Assembly (NCBI RefSeq): GCF_963921235.1 | Contig: NC_086097.1 | Location: 52,392,001-52,456,000 of the forward strand | DNA length: 64,000 nucleotides | From: Mobula hypostoma | Taxonomy: Eukaryota | Direction: 5' to 3' | Shown: one piece after another, positions 39,471 through 53,108 of the stretch | Layout: every line of letters starts with the position of its first letter | How positions within the stretch are numbered: the first letter of the stretch is position 1 | Program-made: the position numbers and the translations under genes | Notes under the pieces: model-generated | What the model was told of the DNA's origin: nothing | Seen by the model: only the letters and a program-made list of their open reading frames with translations | The model's database searches: none

Positions 39471-39549
39471 TTAGCAAACCCTCATCCTTTTCCCTTTGCT
39501 ATTAAAAAGCTTAACTTTTACAACCAAAGTAAAAGATGCAAGCTCTCAC

Positions 39550-39771
39550 ATGCTGGTGGAGTGCCAGGTTCAGTCCGCGTTCCTTGAATTTCTCGACCGT
39601 CTTTATCCACACACCAACAATAACCACTGTTTCCATAGCACTGCAAAGGACTGAAGTCTCCAAGCTCTGTGCACTGAGGTACATACTGGTCATCAGCTGG
39701 TCTGCCACCATAGTCTTTCAGAAGGTTGAACCTCCAGCGCTCACACACTGTCTGCGGTTGCGGTGAGAGTT
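39550..39771 (-). CDS. NID2: NID2 exon, most C-terminal thyroglobulin type-1 domain (likely ortholog of mammalian TY2)
   Basis: ttccag|AA...T|gtgaga; 222 nt; [76 protein letters not shown] and CWCV motifs. Confidence 0.96.
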
Positions 39772-41324
39772 CTGGAATACATCACATGATTTTGTTAAAA
39801 TACTGAATCCACTTTTTGTGCAACAACACCTTAGATTAGATTATGAGGACACGCAGTCCTCTTTTATTTTCATTTAGTAATGCATGTATTAAGAAATGAT
39901 ACAATATTCCTCCGGTGTGATATCACAGAAACACAGGACAGACCAAGACTGAAGAACTAACAAAAACCACATAATTATAACATATAGTTACAACAGTGAA
40001 ACAATACCATAACTTGATGAAGAACAGGCCATGATCACAGTAAAAAATTACTTATAATAATTCAATTAATAGTCATACAACACAGAAACAGGCCCTTCAA
40101 CCCATATAGACTGGGCAGCCTCATTGACTTGCAGCTAGACCCCATACCCCTCCCATCCATGTGTTTATCAAAATCTCTCTCAAAATGTTGAAATCAAACC
40201 CCATCTACCACTTCTGTTGACAGCTCATTCCACATTCTCGCCACCCTCTGAGTGTAGAAATTCACTGATGTTCCCTTTAAACATTTCACCTTTCACCCTT
40301 AACATATAACCTCTAGTTCAAAGTAAATTTATTATCAATGTTTGTATACCATATACAGCCTTGAGATTGTAAACAATAGTAAAGAGATAAACAAAGAAAT
40401 GCAATAGAATCCATGAAAAACCACATACAACAAAGACCGACATCATCTAATGTGCAAACAAACAAAACTTGTAAATAATTTTAAAAAGTGAACAAATAAT
40501 ACATGGAACATGAGCTGCAGAGACCCAGTAGTGAGTCTACAGGCTGCAGGGTCAGTTCATGCTGAAGCCAGTGGAGCCAGTCCAGGGGCCCAATGGCTGT
40601 ATGACAACGTCCACTCTCAAACCTTCCAATGTGGGACCCTAGACTCCTACACTCTCCGCCTGATGGTAATAGCAAGAAGAGAGGGAGACAGGTCAAAGGC
40701 ACGTAGGCGTCATAAGCTCAAGTAGGGGACCTTGGCTGGCACAAAGTAGTGGGGCTGATAGTGGTTCATTTTCCTCTCCTGGAGCCTGACCTGGTTTGAA
40801 CTCTGCTCCAGTGACAGCCATCCTTCATCTTCAAGGTGCCATACCTGCATTCCCAAGAGTCAAGTTCACCAAATCCTTCAGGAGGTTGTAAAACTGCTCG
40901 TTCATTTAGTTCAAAAGTACATTTCTTGAAGGGAAATTACAGGCTATGTATTGCAGCAATCATCAAAACCAGGTGAATATTTAATAGTTTTTGAGCTGTC
41001 TACCAAATGTCACTGTATACCACCAGCACTATTTTGGAGTTCTAGTCTAACCCAACCTCAGCGGAAAAAGCCTGCTTGCATTTACCCTATTACCCCTCAA
41101 TTTTGTACACTGCTATCAAAGCTCCTCTCATTTTCCTACGCTCCAGGGAATAAAATCCTAACGTATTCAACCTTTCCCTATAACTCAGGTCCACAAACTC
41201 CAGCAACATCCTTGTAAATTTTCTGTGTTCTTTTAAACATATTGATATCTTTCCTGTAGGTAGCAGACCAGAACTGCACACACTACTCAAAATTAGGCCT
41301 CACCAGTGTCTTATTCAACTTGAA

Positions 41325-43995
41325 GTCTTTGAAGAACTACCACCAACATATCATCTGTGAAAGCAGAGGAGCCAACACACCTGACCATTTAGGATGGTGG
41401 TGAATATTGGTAGCGCAGGTTGAGGTGTTTGATGTTGTGCTGTTCACCAAGTTTGGCAAGTAGCTTGCAGATGTTTCATTGCCCATCTAAGTGACACCCT
41501 CAATGCACAGTTATTGGTCTTTCTTTCTGGAAGTGCTCGTGTTTATATACACCCCTCCCCACCTTCTGGTTCGCTTGCTGCGGTCCTGACTGGCCACCCC
41601 TTCAGTTAAGCAGAACAATAGAATCCAAAGGTCAACTAAAGGGGTAGTCAATCGGGACTGAGACAAGCGAATGGGGAGTGGGGGGGGGGGCGCGGCTATG
41701 TAAATGTGAGCACTCCCAGAGAGAAAGGCCAACAACTGTGCATGAGGATGTCGCCTCAGCTGCAAGCTAACTGCCAAGCTCGGCAAACACTGTAACATAA
41801 AACACTTGACCATTGTTATGCCACGATTAAGAACGCTTATCGTGCCGTCCAATACTAACACTTTGGAAAGTTCAGTCACCTGGCTGTACTTCTACTCCCA
41901 CCGTATAGGCAGGGACTAAAGACAACGGCACCAATGGTAAGGACCAAGAGGCATGGTCAGGGGAGGTGGAGGAGTGCTTACAGGACTGCTCTGAGTCAGT
42001 GGACTGGGTATTATTCAGGGATTCACTTCAAATCTGAATGAATACTCCACAGTTGTCTTCATTAAGATCTGTGTGGTTCTGTGTGTGCCAACAAGAACAT
42101 ACCAGACATACCCAAACCAAAAGCTGTGCATGAACCAGGAGATTTGTAGCCTGCCAAGAGTTAGATCTGTGGCATTGAAGACTGGTGATCCAGAACTATG
42201 CGAGTAGTCCAGTTACGACCTATGGAAGGCTACTTTAAGAGCGTGAAAACAATGTTGATCAAAGTTCGGGGTGGGATTGGATGCGTGCCAGCTCTGGCAG
42301 GGTTAGCAGGCCATTATTTTCTACAAAGCCAAACCCAACATCATGAATGGCTGTGCTGTTGAATTCCCAGATGAGCTCAAAGCCTTTTATGCATGCTTTG
42401 AAAGGGAGAATAAGGCTGCATCTGTGCGAATCCCTGCAGCATCTGGTGATCCTGTGATCTCTGTCTTAGAGGCCAATGTCAGAACATCTTTCAAGAGAGT
42501 GAACTTTCACAAGCTGTCAGGTTCTGATGGTGTACCCGCTAGGGCACAAAAAACCTGTGCGAACCAACAGGAGGGCGTGTTCAAGGACATCTTTAATCTC
42601 ACACATGCTTCAAAAGGGTGGCAATCATACCAGTGCCCAAGAGCAGGGTGAGCTGCCTCAACAACTATTGTCCAGTTGCACTCACATCTACCGTGATGAA
42701 GTGCTTTGAGAGGTTGGTCATGGCCACAATCAACTCCTGCCTAATCAAGGACCTAGATGCCCTGCAATTTGTCTATCACCACAACAGGTCTATAGTGGAT
42801 ACAATCTCACTGGCTCCCCACTTGGCATTAGATCACCTGGACAATAGCAATACCCATGTCAGCCTGCAGTTTATTGATTACAGCTCAGCATTGAACACAA
42901 TCATACCCTCAGTTCTAATCAACAAGCTTCAAAACCTGGGCCTCTGTCCCTCCTGCTGCAAATGGATCCTTAACTTCCTCTCTGGGCGACTACAGTCTGT
43001 GCAGATTGGAAATAACATCTCCTCCTTGCTGACAATCAACTTTGGCTCACCTCAAGAATGTGTGCTTAGCCCACTGCTCTACTCTCTCTACACCCACGGC
43101 TGTGTAGCTAGGCACAGCTCAAATGCCATCTATAAATTTGTTGAGGACAGAACTATTGTAAACAGAATTTCAGATGGTGTACAGGAGCAAGATAGATCAG
43201 CTGGTTGAGTGGTGTCACAGCAACAACCTTGCCCTCAATGCCAGTAAGACCAAGGAATTGCTTGTGGACTTCAGGAAGGGAAATCATGGGAACACAACCA
43301 GTCCTCATCTACGAATCAAAAATAGAAAGGGTGAGCAGTTTCAGGTTCCTGGGATCAACATCTGAGGATCTGCCCTCTTTGTAGTAGCATCAACATATTG
43401 ATGCAATTACATAGAAGGCATGACAGCAGCTATATTTCATTAGGAGTTTGAAGAGAATTGGCATGTCACCAAAGACACTTCTACAGATGCACTGTGCAGA
43501 GCATTCCAGTTGGTTGTATCACCATCTGGTATGGAAAGGCCGCAGCACAGAATCAGAAAAAGCTGCAGAAAGTTGTAAACTCTGCCAGCTCCAACATGGG
43601 AACTAGCCTTTCCAATATTGAGGACACCTTCAAAAGGCAATGGCTCGAAAAGGTGTCATCCCTCATTGAGGATCCCATCAGCCAGGACATGTCCCCTCTG
43701 ATTGCTACCATCAAGAAGGTAGTACAGGAGCTTGAAGACACCCTCAGCATTTCAGGACCAGCTTCTTCTCCCACACCATCAGATTTCTGAATGGACAATG
43801 AACCTGTGAACACTCCTCACTTGTAACTTGTGATTATTATTTGCTCTCTTTTTGCACTACTAGTTGAATTTACTTTCATATATACTTCTGTTGTAATTTA
43901 GTTTATTTTTATTATTATGCATTGCGATATACTGCTGCCCCAAAACAACAAATTTCACAACATATGCCAGTGGTATTAAATCAGATTCTGATTCT
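41325..43995 (+). mobile_element. Rex1/Babar LINE (endonuclease end, RT and 3' tail) inserted in a minus-strand CR1 and itself interrupted by a Penelope-like piece (~41390-41800)
   Basis: ORF 42618-43208 [17 protein letters not shown]...[15 protein letters not shown]; tail gattctgattct; flanking caacttgaa (41316) and caacttcaa (43996) as TSD. Confidence 0.85.
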
Positions 43996-44204
43996 CAACT
44001 TCAATATAATATCCCAACTCGTACTCAGTGCTTTGATTGACGAAGGCCAATATGCCAAAAGCTCTCTTTACCACCCTATCTATCTGTAATGCCACTTTCA
44101 TGGAATTATGGATCTATATTCCCAGATCCCTCTGTTCTACCAAACTCCTCAGGGCCCTACCGTTCACTGTGCGTGTTCTGTGTAATCCCCTGCATTATTC
44201 AATC

Positions 44205-45012
44205 AACTATTGGAGTTCAACACAGATAAGTGTGAAGTGGTTCATTTTGGTAGGTCAAATATGATGGCAGAATATAGCATTAATGGTAAGACTCTTGACA
44301 GTGTGGAGGATCAGAAGGACCTCGGATTCCGAGTCCATAGGACACTCAAAGCTGCTACGCAGGTTGACTCTGTGGTTAAGAAGGCATACGGTGTATTGGC
44401 CTTCATCAATCATCGGATTGAATTTAAGAGCCGAGAAGTAATGTTGCAGCTATATAGGACCCTGGTCAGACCCCACTTGGAGTACTGTGCTCAGTTCTGG
44501 TCGTCTCACTACAGGAAAGACGTGGAAAACATAGGAAGGGTGCAGAGGAGATTTACAAGGATGTTGCCTGGATTGGGGAGCATGCAATATGAGAATAGAT
44601 TGAGTGAACTCATCATTTTCTCCTTGGAGCAATGGAGGATGAGAGGTGACTTGATAGAGGTGTACAAGATAATGAGAGGCATTGATCACGTGGATAGTCA
44701 GAGGCTTTTCCCCAGGGCTGAAATGGCTAGCACGAGAGGGCATAGTTTTAAGGTGCTTGGAAGTAGGTACAGAGGAGATGTCAGGGGTAAGTTTTTTTTT
44801 TACGAGAGAGTGGTGAGTGTGTGGAATGGGCTGCCGGCGGCGGTGGTGGAGGCAGATACGATAGGGTCTTTTGAGAGACTCCTGGATGGCTACATGGAGC
44901 TTAGAAAAATAGAGCGCTATGAGTAAAGTCTAGGTAGCTCTAAGGTAGGGACACGTTCGGCACAACTTTGTGGGCCGAAGGGCCTGTATTGTGCTGTATG
45001 CTTTCTATGTTT
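44205..45012 (+). mobile_element. Young CR1 3' fragment
   Basis: 238-aa open frame FNTDKCEVVHFG...LVRPHLEYC...RMRGDLIEVYKIMRG...; (tttctatg) tail. Confidence 0.9.
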
Positions 45013-45870
45013 CTGTTTTTCTTTAAAAAAAATAGAAGGTAGGTCAGTATGGTGAATATTTAATTACAAGATCCTATATTTAAATACTAGGTATTACATG
45101 TCAGTAAGAGATTAAAAGCAACTCGTTAGAAGGATAGTTGCAGAAATAGATTTCAACAAAAACAGTTAAAAACAGACAAGTTAGATATCAGTTTGGAAAC
45201 ATTTAAGCAAATTAAGAGCCAAACTGTACAGCAGGTAAGTAAAAACTAAAATTAAGAGAAAACTAAAATGAAGTATCTATTAGTTGAAGGAAGCCATCTT
45301 GTAGTTGAACGTGAGGAAATAATAGAGAAGCTATATAACCATTTCTCCTCAGCTTTGCAGAGGAGAACTGAAGGCACAAAGGAGCTCCTGATGAGGAAGT
45401 GGAGGTCACCACTGAATGTAAGCATTCACAGAGAAACTGCATTTAAAAAAAGCCAATTGGCTTAAAAAAGGAAAGCAATCAAGCTTAAATGATGAGGGCC
45501 CCCAGAACAGAAAAAAGATTGTCGAAGAAACAGCAAAGATTTTAAAATCTGGTAGAAAAAGTTGTGTGTTAACTCCAAACTTCGCAGTAGCTAAATTGGA
45601 TATCATAATGTGATACCAAATTAATGATGACATTGTCTTACAAGGAATAGCTTAAAATTTAAAGAGGGAAAATGAATTTGTTTAAGTGACATATTAGGTA
45701 ATGATATAATTGACTTTGAGAATGTACTTGGTGTGCCTCAACTAAAACTAAAGGCCAATGGTGTGAATGAGTAAATAGATCTGAAGAAAAAAAAGCTTAA
45801 AAACAAAAGTTAGAAATAATACATAAGCAAATTAAGAGCAAGATTATATTACAAGAAGGGAGAAAAAGTA

Positions 45871-48800
45871 CGGTGTCTATAAAAAGAATTCACCTCCCGG
45901 CCCCGGAAGTTTTCATGTTTTGTTGTTTAATGTTTTATTTTCATGCTTAATTTAGCTTTTCTGACACTGATCAACAGAAAACGACTCTTTAATGTCAAAG
46001 TAAAAACAGATCTCTTAAAAGTGATCTAAATTAATAACAAATATAAAACACAAAATAATCAACTGCATAAGTATTCAACACCTTTAATATAACACACAAA
46101 ATCATCACTGTTGCAGCCAATTGGTTTTAGAAGTCTCATAATCAGTTAAATGGAGATCTGTTTTTGGAGACCTGTGTGCAGTCAAGTCATTCCAGTTGAT
46201 TGTAGTAAAAATACACCTGTAAATAGAAGATTCAACCTCTGGCAAGTCAGTATCTTGGAAAAAACTACATCATGAAGACAGAAGAACACTCCAAACAACT
46301 CTGCCAAAAGGTTATTGAAAAACACAAGTCAGGAGATGGGTACGAGAAAATTTCCAAGTCACTGAAAATCCCTTGGAGTACAGTTAAGTCAATCATCGAG
46401 AAATGAAAAGAATATGGCACAGATGTAAATCCGCCTAGAGCAGGCCATCCTTAAAACCTGAGTGACCGCGCAAGAAGGCGACTAGTGAGGGAGGCCACCA
46501 AGAGACCCTATACAACTCTGGAGGAGTTACAAGCTTCAGTGGCTGAGATGGGAAAGACTGCATGTAGAACAACTGTTGCCCAGTTGCTTCACCAGTCACG
46601 GCTTTATGGGAGAGTGGCAAAGAGAAAGCCACTGTTGAGAAAAATTCACATGAAACATTGGCTAGAGTTTGCCAGAAGGCATGTGAGAGACTCTGAAGTC
46701 AGCTGGAAGAAGATTCTATGGTCTGATGAAACCAAAATTGAACTTTTTGGCCGTCAGACTAAATGCTATGTTTGGTATAATCAAAAACACACCATCCCTA
46801 TCGTACAGCCTGGTGGTGGCTGCATCATACTGTGGGGATGTGGCCTGGAAGGCTCGAGAAGGTAGAGGGTAAAATTAATGCAGCAAAATGCAGGGAAATC
46901 CTGGAGGAAAACCTAATGCAGTCTGCATGAGAACTGTGACGTGGGAGATTTGTTTTCCAGCTAGAAAATTACCCCAAGCATAAAGCCAAAATTACCACAG
47001 GAATGGTTTAAAAACAACAAAGTTAATGTTGTCCTGAAGTGGCCATGTCAGAGTCCAGACCTCAAACCAATTAAGAATTCGTGGCTGGACTTGAAAGGGG
47101 CTGTTCACTCATGATCCCCCCCATGTAATCTGACAGAGCTTGAGCAGTATAAAGAATGGGGAAAAACTGCAGTGTCTAGATATCCTGGCAGGGAGATTAG
47201 CGGGGGCTACTGAGGTGACTTTAACCTAGAATGGTTGGGGGGTGGGAATCAAATTAAAGAGGCTAGGCGTGAGGAGGTTAGTTCACAACAGAGGGATGGG
47301 AACCAGTGCAGAGAGACAGAGGGGTGTAAAGTGAGCGTAGAAGCAAAAAGTACAAAGGAGAAAAGTAAAAGTGGCAGGCCGACAAATCCAGGGCAAGCAT
47401 TAAAAAGGGCCACTTTTCAACATAATTGTACAAGGGCTAAGAGAGTTGTAAAAGAGCGCCTGAAGGCTTTATGTGTCAATGCAAGGAGCATTTGTAATAA
47501 GGTAGATGAATTGAAAGTGCAGATTGTTATTAATGATTATGATATAGTTGGGATCACAGAGACATGGCTCCAGGGTGACCAGGGATGGGAGCTCAACGTT
47601 CAGGGATATTCAATATTCAGGAGGGATAGACATGAAGGAAGGGGAGGTGGGGTGGCGTTGCTGGTTAAAGAAGAGATTAACGCAATAGAAAGGAAGGACA
47701 TAAGCTGGGAAGATGTGGAATCGATATGGGTAGAGCTGCGTAACACTAAGGGGCAGAAGACGCTGGTGGTAGTTGTGTACAGGCCACCTAACAGTAGTAG
47801 TGAGGTCGGAGATGGTATTAAACAGGAAATTAGAAATGTGTGCAATAAAGGAACAGCAGTTATAATGGGTGACTTCAATCTACATGTAGACTGGGTGAAC
47901 CAAATTGGTAAAGGTGCTGAGGAAGAGGATTTCTTGGAATGTATGCGGGATGGTTTTTTGAACCAACATGTTGAGGAACCAACTAGAGAGCAGGCTATTC
48001 TGGACTGGGTTTTGAGCAATGAGGAAGGGTTAATTAGCGATCTTGTCGTGAGAGGCCCCTTGGGTAAGAGTGACCATAACATGGTGGAATTCTTCATTAA
48101 TATGGAGAGTGACATAGTTAATTCAGAAACAAAGGTTCTGAACTTAAAGAGGGGTAACTTTGAAGGTATGAGACATGAATTAGCTAAGATAGACTGGCAA
48201 ATGACACTTCAAGGATTGACGGTGGATATGCAATGGCAAGCATTTAAAGGTTGCATGGATGAACTACAACAATTGTTCATCCCAGTTTGGCAAAAGAATA
48301 AATCAAGGAAGGTAGTGCACCCGTGGCTGACAAGAGAAATTAGGGATAGTATCAATTCCAAAGAAGTAGCATACAAATTAGCCAGAGAAAGTGGCTCACC
48401 TGAGGACTGGGAGAAATTCAGAGTTCAGCAGAGGAGGACAAAGGGCTTAATTAGGAAGAGGAAAAAAGATTATGAGAGAAAACTGGCGGGGAACATAAAA
48501 ACGGACTGTAAAAGCTTTTATAGATATGTAAAAAGGAAAAGACTGGTAAAGACAAATGTAGGTCCCCTGAAGACAGAAACAGGTGAATTGATTATGGGGA
48601 GCAAGGACATGGCAGACCAATTGAATAATTACTTTGGTTCTGTCTTCACTAAGGAGGACATAAATAATCTTCCAGAAATAGTAAGGGACAGAGGGTCCAG
48701 TGAGATGGAGGAACTGAGTGAAATACATGTTAGTAGGGAAGTGGTGTTAGGTAAATTGAAGGGATTGAAGGCAGATAAATCCGCAGGGCCAGATGGTCTG

Positions 48801-50635
48801 CATCCTAGAGTGCTTAAGGAAGTAGCCCAAGAAATAGTGGATGCATTAGTGATAATTTTTCAAAACTCATTAGATTCTGGACTAGTTCCTGAGGATTGGA
48901 GGGTGGCTAATGTAACCCCACTTTTTAAAAAAGGAGGGAGAGAGAAACCGGGGAATTATAGACCGGTTAGCCTAACGTCGGTGGTGGGGAAACTGCTGGA
49001 GTCAGTTATCAAGGATGTGATAACAGCACATTTGGAAAGCGGTAAAATGATCGGACAAAGTCAGCATGGATTTGTGAAAGGAAAATCATGTCTGACGAAT
49101 CTCATAGAATTTTTTGAGGATGTAACTAGTAGAATGGATAGGGGAGAACCAGTGGATGTGGTATATTTGGATTTTCAAAAGGCTTTTGACAAGGTCCCAC
49201 ACAGGAGATTAGTGTGCAAACTTAAAGCACACGGTATTGGGGGTAAGGTATTGGTGTGGGTGGAGAATTGGTTAGCAGACAGGAAGCAAAGAGTGGGAAT
49301 AAATGGGACCTTTTCAGAATGGCAGGCGGTGACTAGTGGGGTACCGCAAGGCTCAGTGCTGGGACCCAGTTGTTTACAATATATATTAATGACTTGGATG
49401 AGGGAATTAAATGCAGCATCTCCAAGTTTGCGGATGACACGAAGCTGGGTGGTAGTGTTAGCAGTGAGAAGGATGCTAAGAGGATGCAGGGTGACTTGGA
49501 TAGGTTGGGTGAGTGGGCAAACTCATGGCAGATGCAATTTAATGTGGATAAATGTGAAGTTATCCACTTATTATCTGAATGGTGGCCGATTAGGAAAAGG
49601 GGAGGTGCAATGAGACCTGGGTGTCATTATACACCAGTCATTGAAAGTGGGCATGCAGGTACAGCAGGCGGTGAAAAAGGCGAATGGTATGCTGGCATTT
49701 ATAGCGAGAGGATTCGAGTACAGGAGCAGGGAGGTACTACTGCAGTTGTACAAGGCCTTGGTGAGACCACACCTGGAGTATTGTGTGCAGTTTTGGTCCC
49801 CTAATCTGAGGAAAGACATCTTTGCCATAGAGGGAGTACAAAGAAGGTTCACCAGATTGATTCCTGGGATGGCAGGACTTTCATATGAAGAAAGACTGGA
49901 TGAACTGGGCTTGTACTCGTTGGAATTTAGAAGATTGAGGGGGGGATCTGATTGAAACGTATAAGATCCTAAAGGGATTGGACAGGCTAGATGCAGGAAG
50001 ATTGTTCCCGATGTTGGGGAAGTCCAGAACGAGGGGTCACAGTTTGAGGATAGAGGGGAAGCCTTTTAGGACCGAGATTAGGAAAAACTTCTTCACACAG
50101 AGAGTGGTGAATCTGTGGAATTCTCTGCCACAGCAAACTGTTGAGGCCAGTTCATTGGCTATGTTTAAGAGGGAGTTAGATATGGCCCTTGTGGCTACAG
50201 GGGTCAGGGGGTATGGAGGGAAGGCTGGGGCGGGGTTCTGAGTTGGATGATCAGCCATGATCATAATAAATGGCGGTGCAGGCTCGAAGGGCCGAATGGC
50301 CTACTCCTGCACCTATTTTCTATGTTTCTATGTGCAAAGCCGATAGAGACCGATCCACACAGGCTCAAGGCTATGATTGCTGCCAAAGATGCATCTCATA
50401 AATACTAACTTGAAGGGGGAAGAGTAATTATACAGTCAATTATTTTGTGTTTAATAATTGTAATAAATTTAAACTCATCTGTAGAAATCTGTTTTCACTT
50501 TGACACAAATCTTTTTCTGTTGTTCAGTTTCAAAACAGCCAAATTAAATTCCCTGTGATACAATGTTGTAAAACAATAAAATATGAAAACTTCCGGGGGG
50601 TCGGGGTGGGTGGTGAGTACTTTTTATAGGCACTG
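45871..50635 (+). mobile_element. Tc1-family (Passport-like) transposon, split by a CR1 insertion
   Basis: TA|cggtgtctataaaaagaattcacc ... ggtgagtactttttataggcactg|TA; MKTEEHSKQL...KHKSGDGYEKISKSL; LWSDETKIELFG; WPCQSPDL. Confidence 0.9.
47181..50332 (+). mobile_element. Near-complete CR1 ORF2 (APE endonuclease and reverse transcriptase), young insertion
   Basis: 792-aa uninterrupted ORF 47235-49613 (NARSI, GITETWL, GDFN, SDH, PGNYRPVSL, DFQKAFDKV, GVPQGSVLGP); FADD follows a frameshift at ~49370; tail tttctatgtttctatg. Confidence 0.96.
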
Positions 50636-51737
50636 TAAAATTAAGTGATGCTGTACAGTATTTTTCTTCAAAAATATCACAATTAAGAGAAATATAAACT
50701 TTACTTCTTAAGTGTAAAAATGAGCAGGAAAAAGTACTGAGCAGCTGCAACTTTTGGATTAGTAAATCAGGCAGTGTCTCCTGTGTGGCTCAGTGATATG
50801 TGTTGTAACCAAATTGAAGATTTATCTGCTAAAGGATGTAAATGAAAAAATTGAAAAGATGTGGAGACTTGTTGGGTGTTTTCAGCATTTTCTGTTTTTA
50901 TCATTTAAAATCTGTGGAGTTGCTCAATTTTATGCAGCTTAGCCCAACTCATCCCCTGAAGACAAGAAATCCAATTGCCAATAAAAAAGACCAAGGCTGA
51001 TCCAGACAAGGCAAAATTTGAAAAAAAGTAGATCAACAAAGCAAAAACAAGCTGTATCCCATTGACACACAAGGCAAAAACCAGCATGTTGACAAAAGCA
51101 TAATCTTCTAAATCATGAAACACTCATCAGGTCAGCCAGCCCATTACTCTGAACATTTTCAGCATTTTCTAATTTTATTTCACATGTCCTGCAACTGCAG
51201 CTTCTTTTCTCCTCTAAGGTTTCTAATGCCTTCCTGTTTTAGAAAGTCTCCCTTTGAATTGGAAAATTGCATGTTACTCTTATGTTTAAGTCAGGTGAGA
51301 GGGAAAACCAGGAAACCATTGACGAGTTCACCTGAGATCTGCTGACAGGAAATTGAAAGGAGAATTAAAGATAAAATGACTGAACATTTTCTGCTTATCA
51401 GAATGAGCCAGCAGAGATTTGTAAAGAGTAAATGATATGTGATACACCTGAATAAATAGACTGATTGCAGCGACGGAAAGCTCCATAGTTGTGACTGTTA
51501 TTTATTAGATGTCTTCTGGACACTCAGAAAAATCCCTCAGAAGAAACCCCTGAAGTTAAAATCCATGGATCTGATGGGAACTTACTGCCCTGGCTAAGAA
51601 GTTGACTGTGAAGGTAGAAATAGTTCACTTACTGATACCATTGGCAGGATTTAACTGCTGATGTCTACAACGTTCTGACTTTGGGCCATGACTTGCCACT
51701 GTGATTTATTTGTGAGGAGGACAATGCTATAGAAAGA

Positions 51738-53108
51738 CCACTGTTTCTCTATGAGTTTCCAATTTCCACTGTTGCTGAATTAGAGAGGGTAGTCAGGCGG
51801 TTTCTGCGACGGGAATAACTGCAAACTGAGGCTCCCCCTGAAATCCATCGAGGAGGAGTTCAAGGTTTTGAGAGGTGCTGCAGTTCCGTGAACCTTCAGA
51901 TCCAAAGGCAAGAGTGGCGGTGAGAACTGGAAGAAAGCGGAGAGCAGAAGCTGCAGTGGAAGAAGCTGAGACACGGCTGCGCCACAAAGTGCTGGTGGGG
52001 GCAGTCGCCAAGGGAAGAGCTGGACGTGGAAGCCTTGAAGTCCCCCATTTTGACAAAGTACAAGGGAAAGGGCGACGAGAACTGGTCCAGAATGAAGTAA
52101 GGGCAGCTGTGGAGGAGGAGAGGACCAGCAGAGCAGTGGCGATGAAACAGCAAGGAGCCTGGACCAAATAGGAGCAGGTGATCGAGCGAAAGATCACGTG
52201 GAACGACCTCTCTGGAAGGTGGATCCACACCGCATCAAGTTCCTTATCCAGGCTGTTTATGATGTCCTTCCTAGCCCATCCAACCTACACTGCTGGGGCC
52301 TTGTAGAACGACCAGCTTGCCCCCTCTGTGAGAAGACCAGTTCGCGAGAGCATATTCTGAGCTGCTGCCCCAGAGCTCTTGCCAATGGCCGTTATTGCTG
52401 GCGGCATGACCAGGTCCTCCAGACAATTGCTGAGACAATCTGCAGCACCCTTAACATCTGCCGGAAAACAAGTCCGGTCATGAATACTATCTGCTTTGTC
52501 AAAGAGGGGGAAAGACCAACAGAACACCAGAAAGCAACCGGGTTGCTCTTCACTGCGCAGGACTGGAAGCTAAAAGCAGACCTGGGAAAACAGCTGCAGT
52601 TTCCTCCCCACATCACAGAGACTACACTGCGGCCCGACATTGTGTTGTAGTCCGACTCATTGAAGCACGTTCTTACGCTTGAGCTTACCGTGCCGTGGGA
52701 AGAACACACGGAGGAGGCCTATGAACGGAAAAGAGCCAAGTATGAAGATCTGAAGAACAATTGCCAAAGGCGAAACTGGAGTGGAAAGTGCTGGCCCATG
52801 GAGGTCGGGTGTCATGGCTTTGCAGGCCAGTCGCTCTGCAAAGTATACACTGCACTTGGAATCAGGGGAGAGAGAAGGAGAGACATTTCTGTCCCCACAG
52901 ATGCAGCAGAGAAAGTGTCAAGATGGCTCTGGATAAAGAGGGCAGATCTGTGATGCTAGGGCATAGGCCGGGGTCTGTTCAACCCCGGTCAGGTCGCCTG
53001 GGCGAGGGTGTATGATGTTGAAAGACCTGAAACATCTGACGACCCCAGTTAACATCACTGATGATGTGCCCTAGCTTAGCATCATGCAGATGTTTCTGTA
53101 AGAAGAAG
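51738..53108 (+). mobile_element. 5'-truncated Hero-clade (R2-like, restriction-like endonuclease) non-LTR retrotransposon
   Basis: AVYDVLPSPSNL, CPLC...HILSCC (CCHC knuckle), WRHDQVL, RPDIVL...LELTVPWEE...KRAKY (PD..E RLE); several stops and frameshifts. Confidence 0.85.

Noticed and set aside
47235..49613. 792-aa ORF as a host gene
   Set aside because: It is CR1 ORF2, frameshifted before the FADD motif and nested in a Tc1 element.
53005..53050. Hammerhead-like TGATG...GAAA in the Hero 3' UTR
   Set aside because: It lacks an intact CUGANGA box and the stem I/II/III topology; better read as a simple stem-loop.
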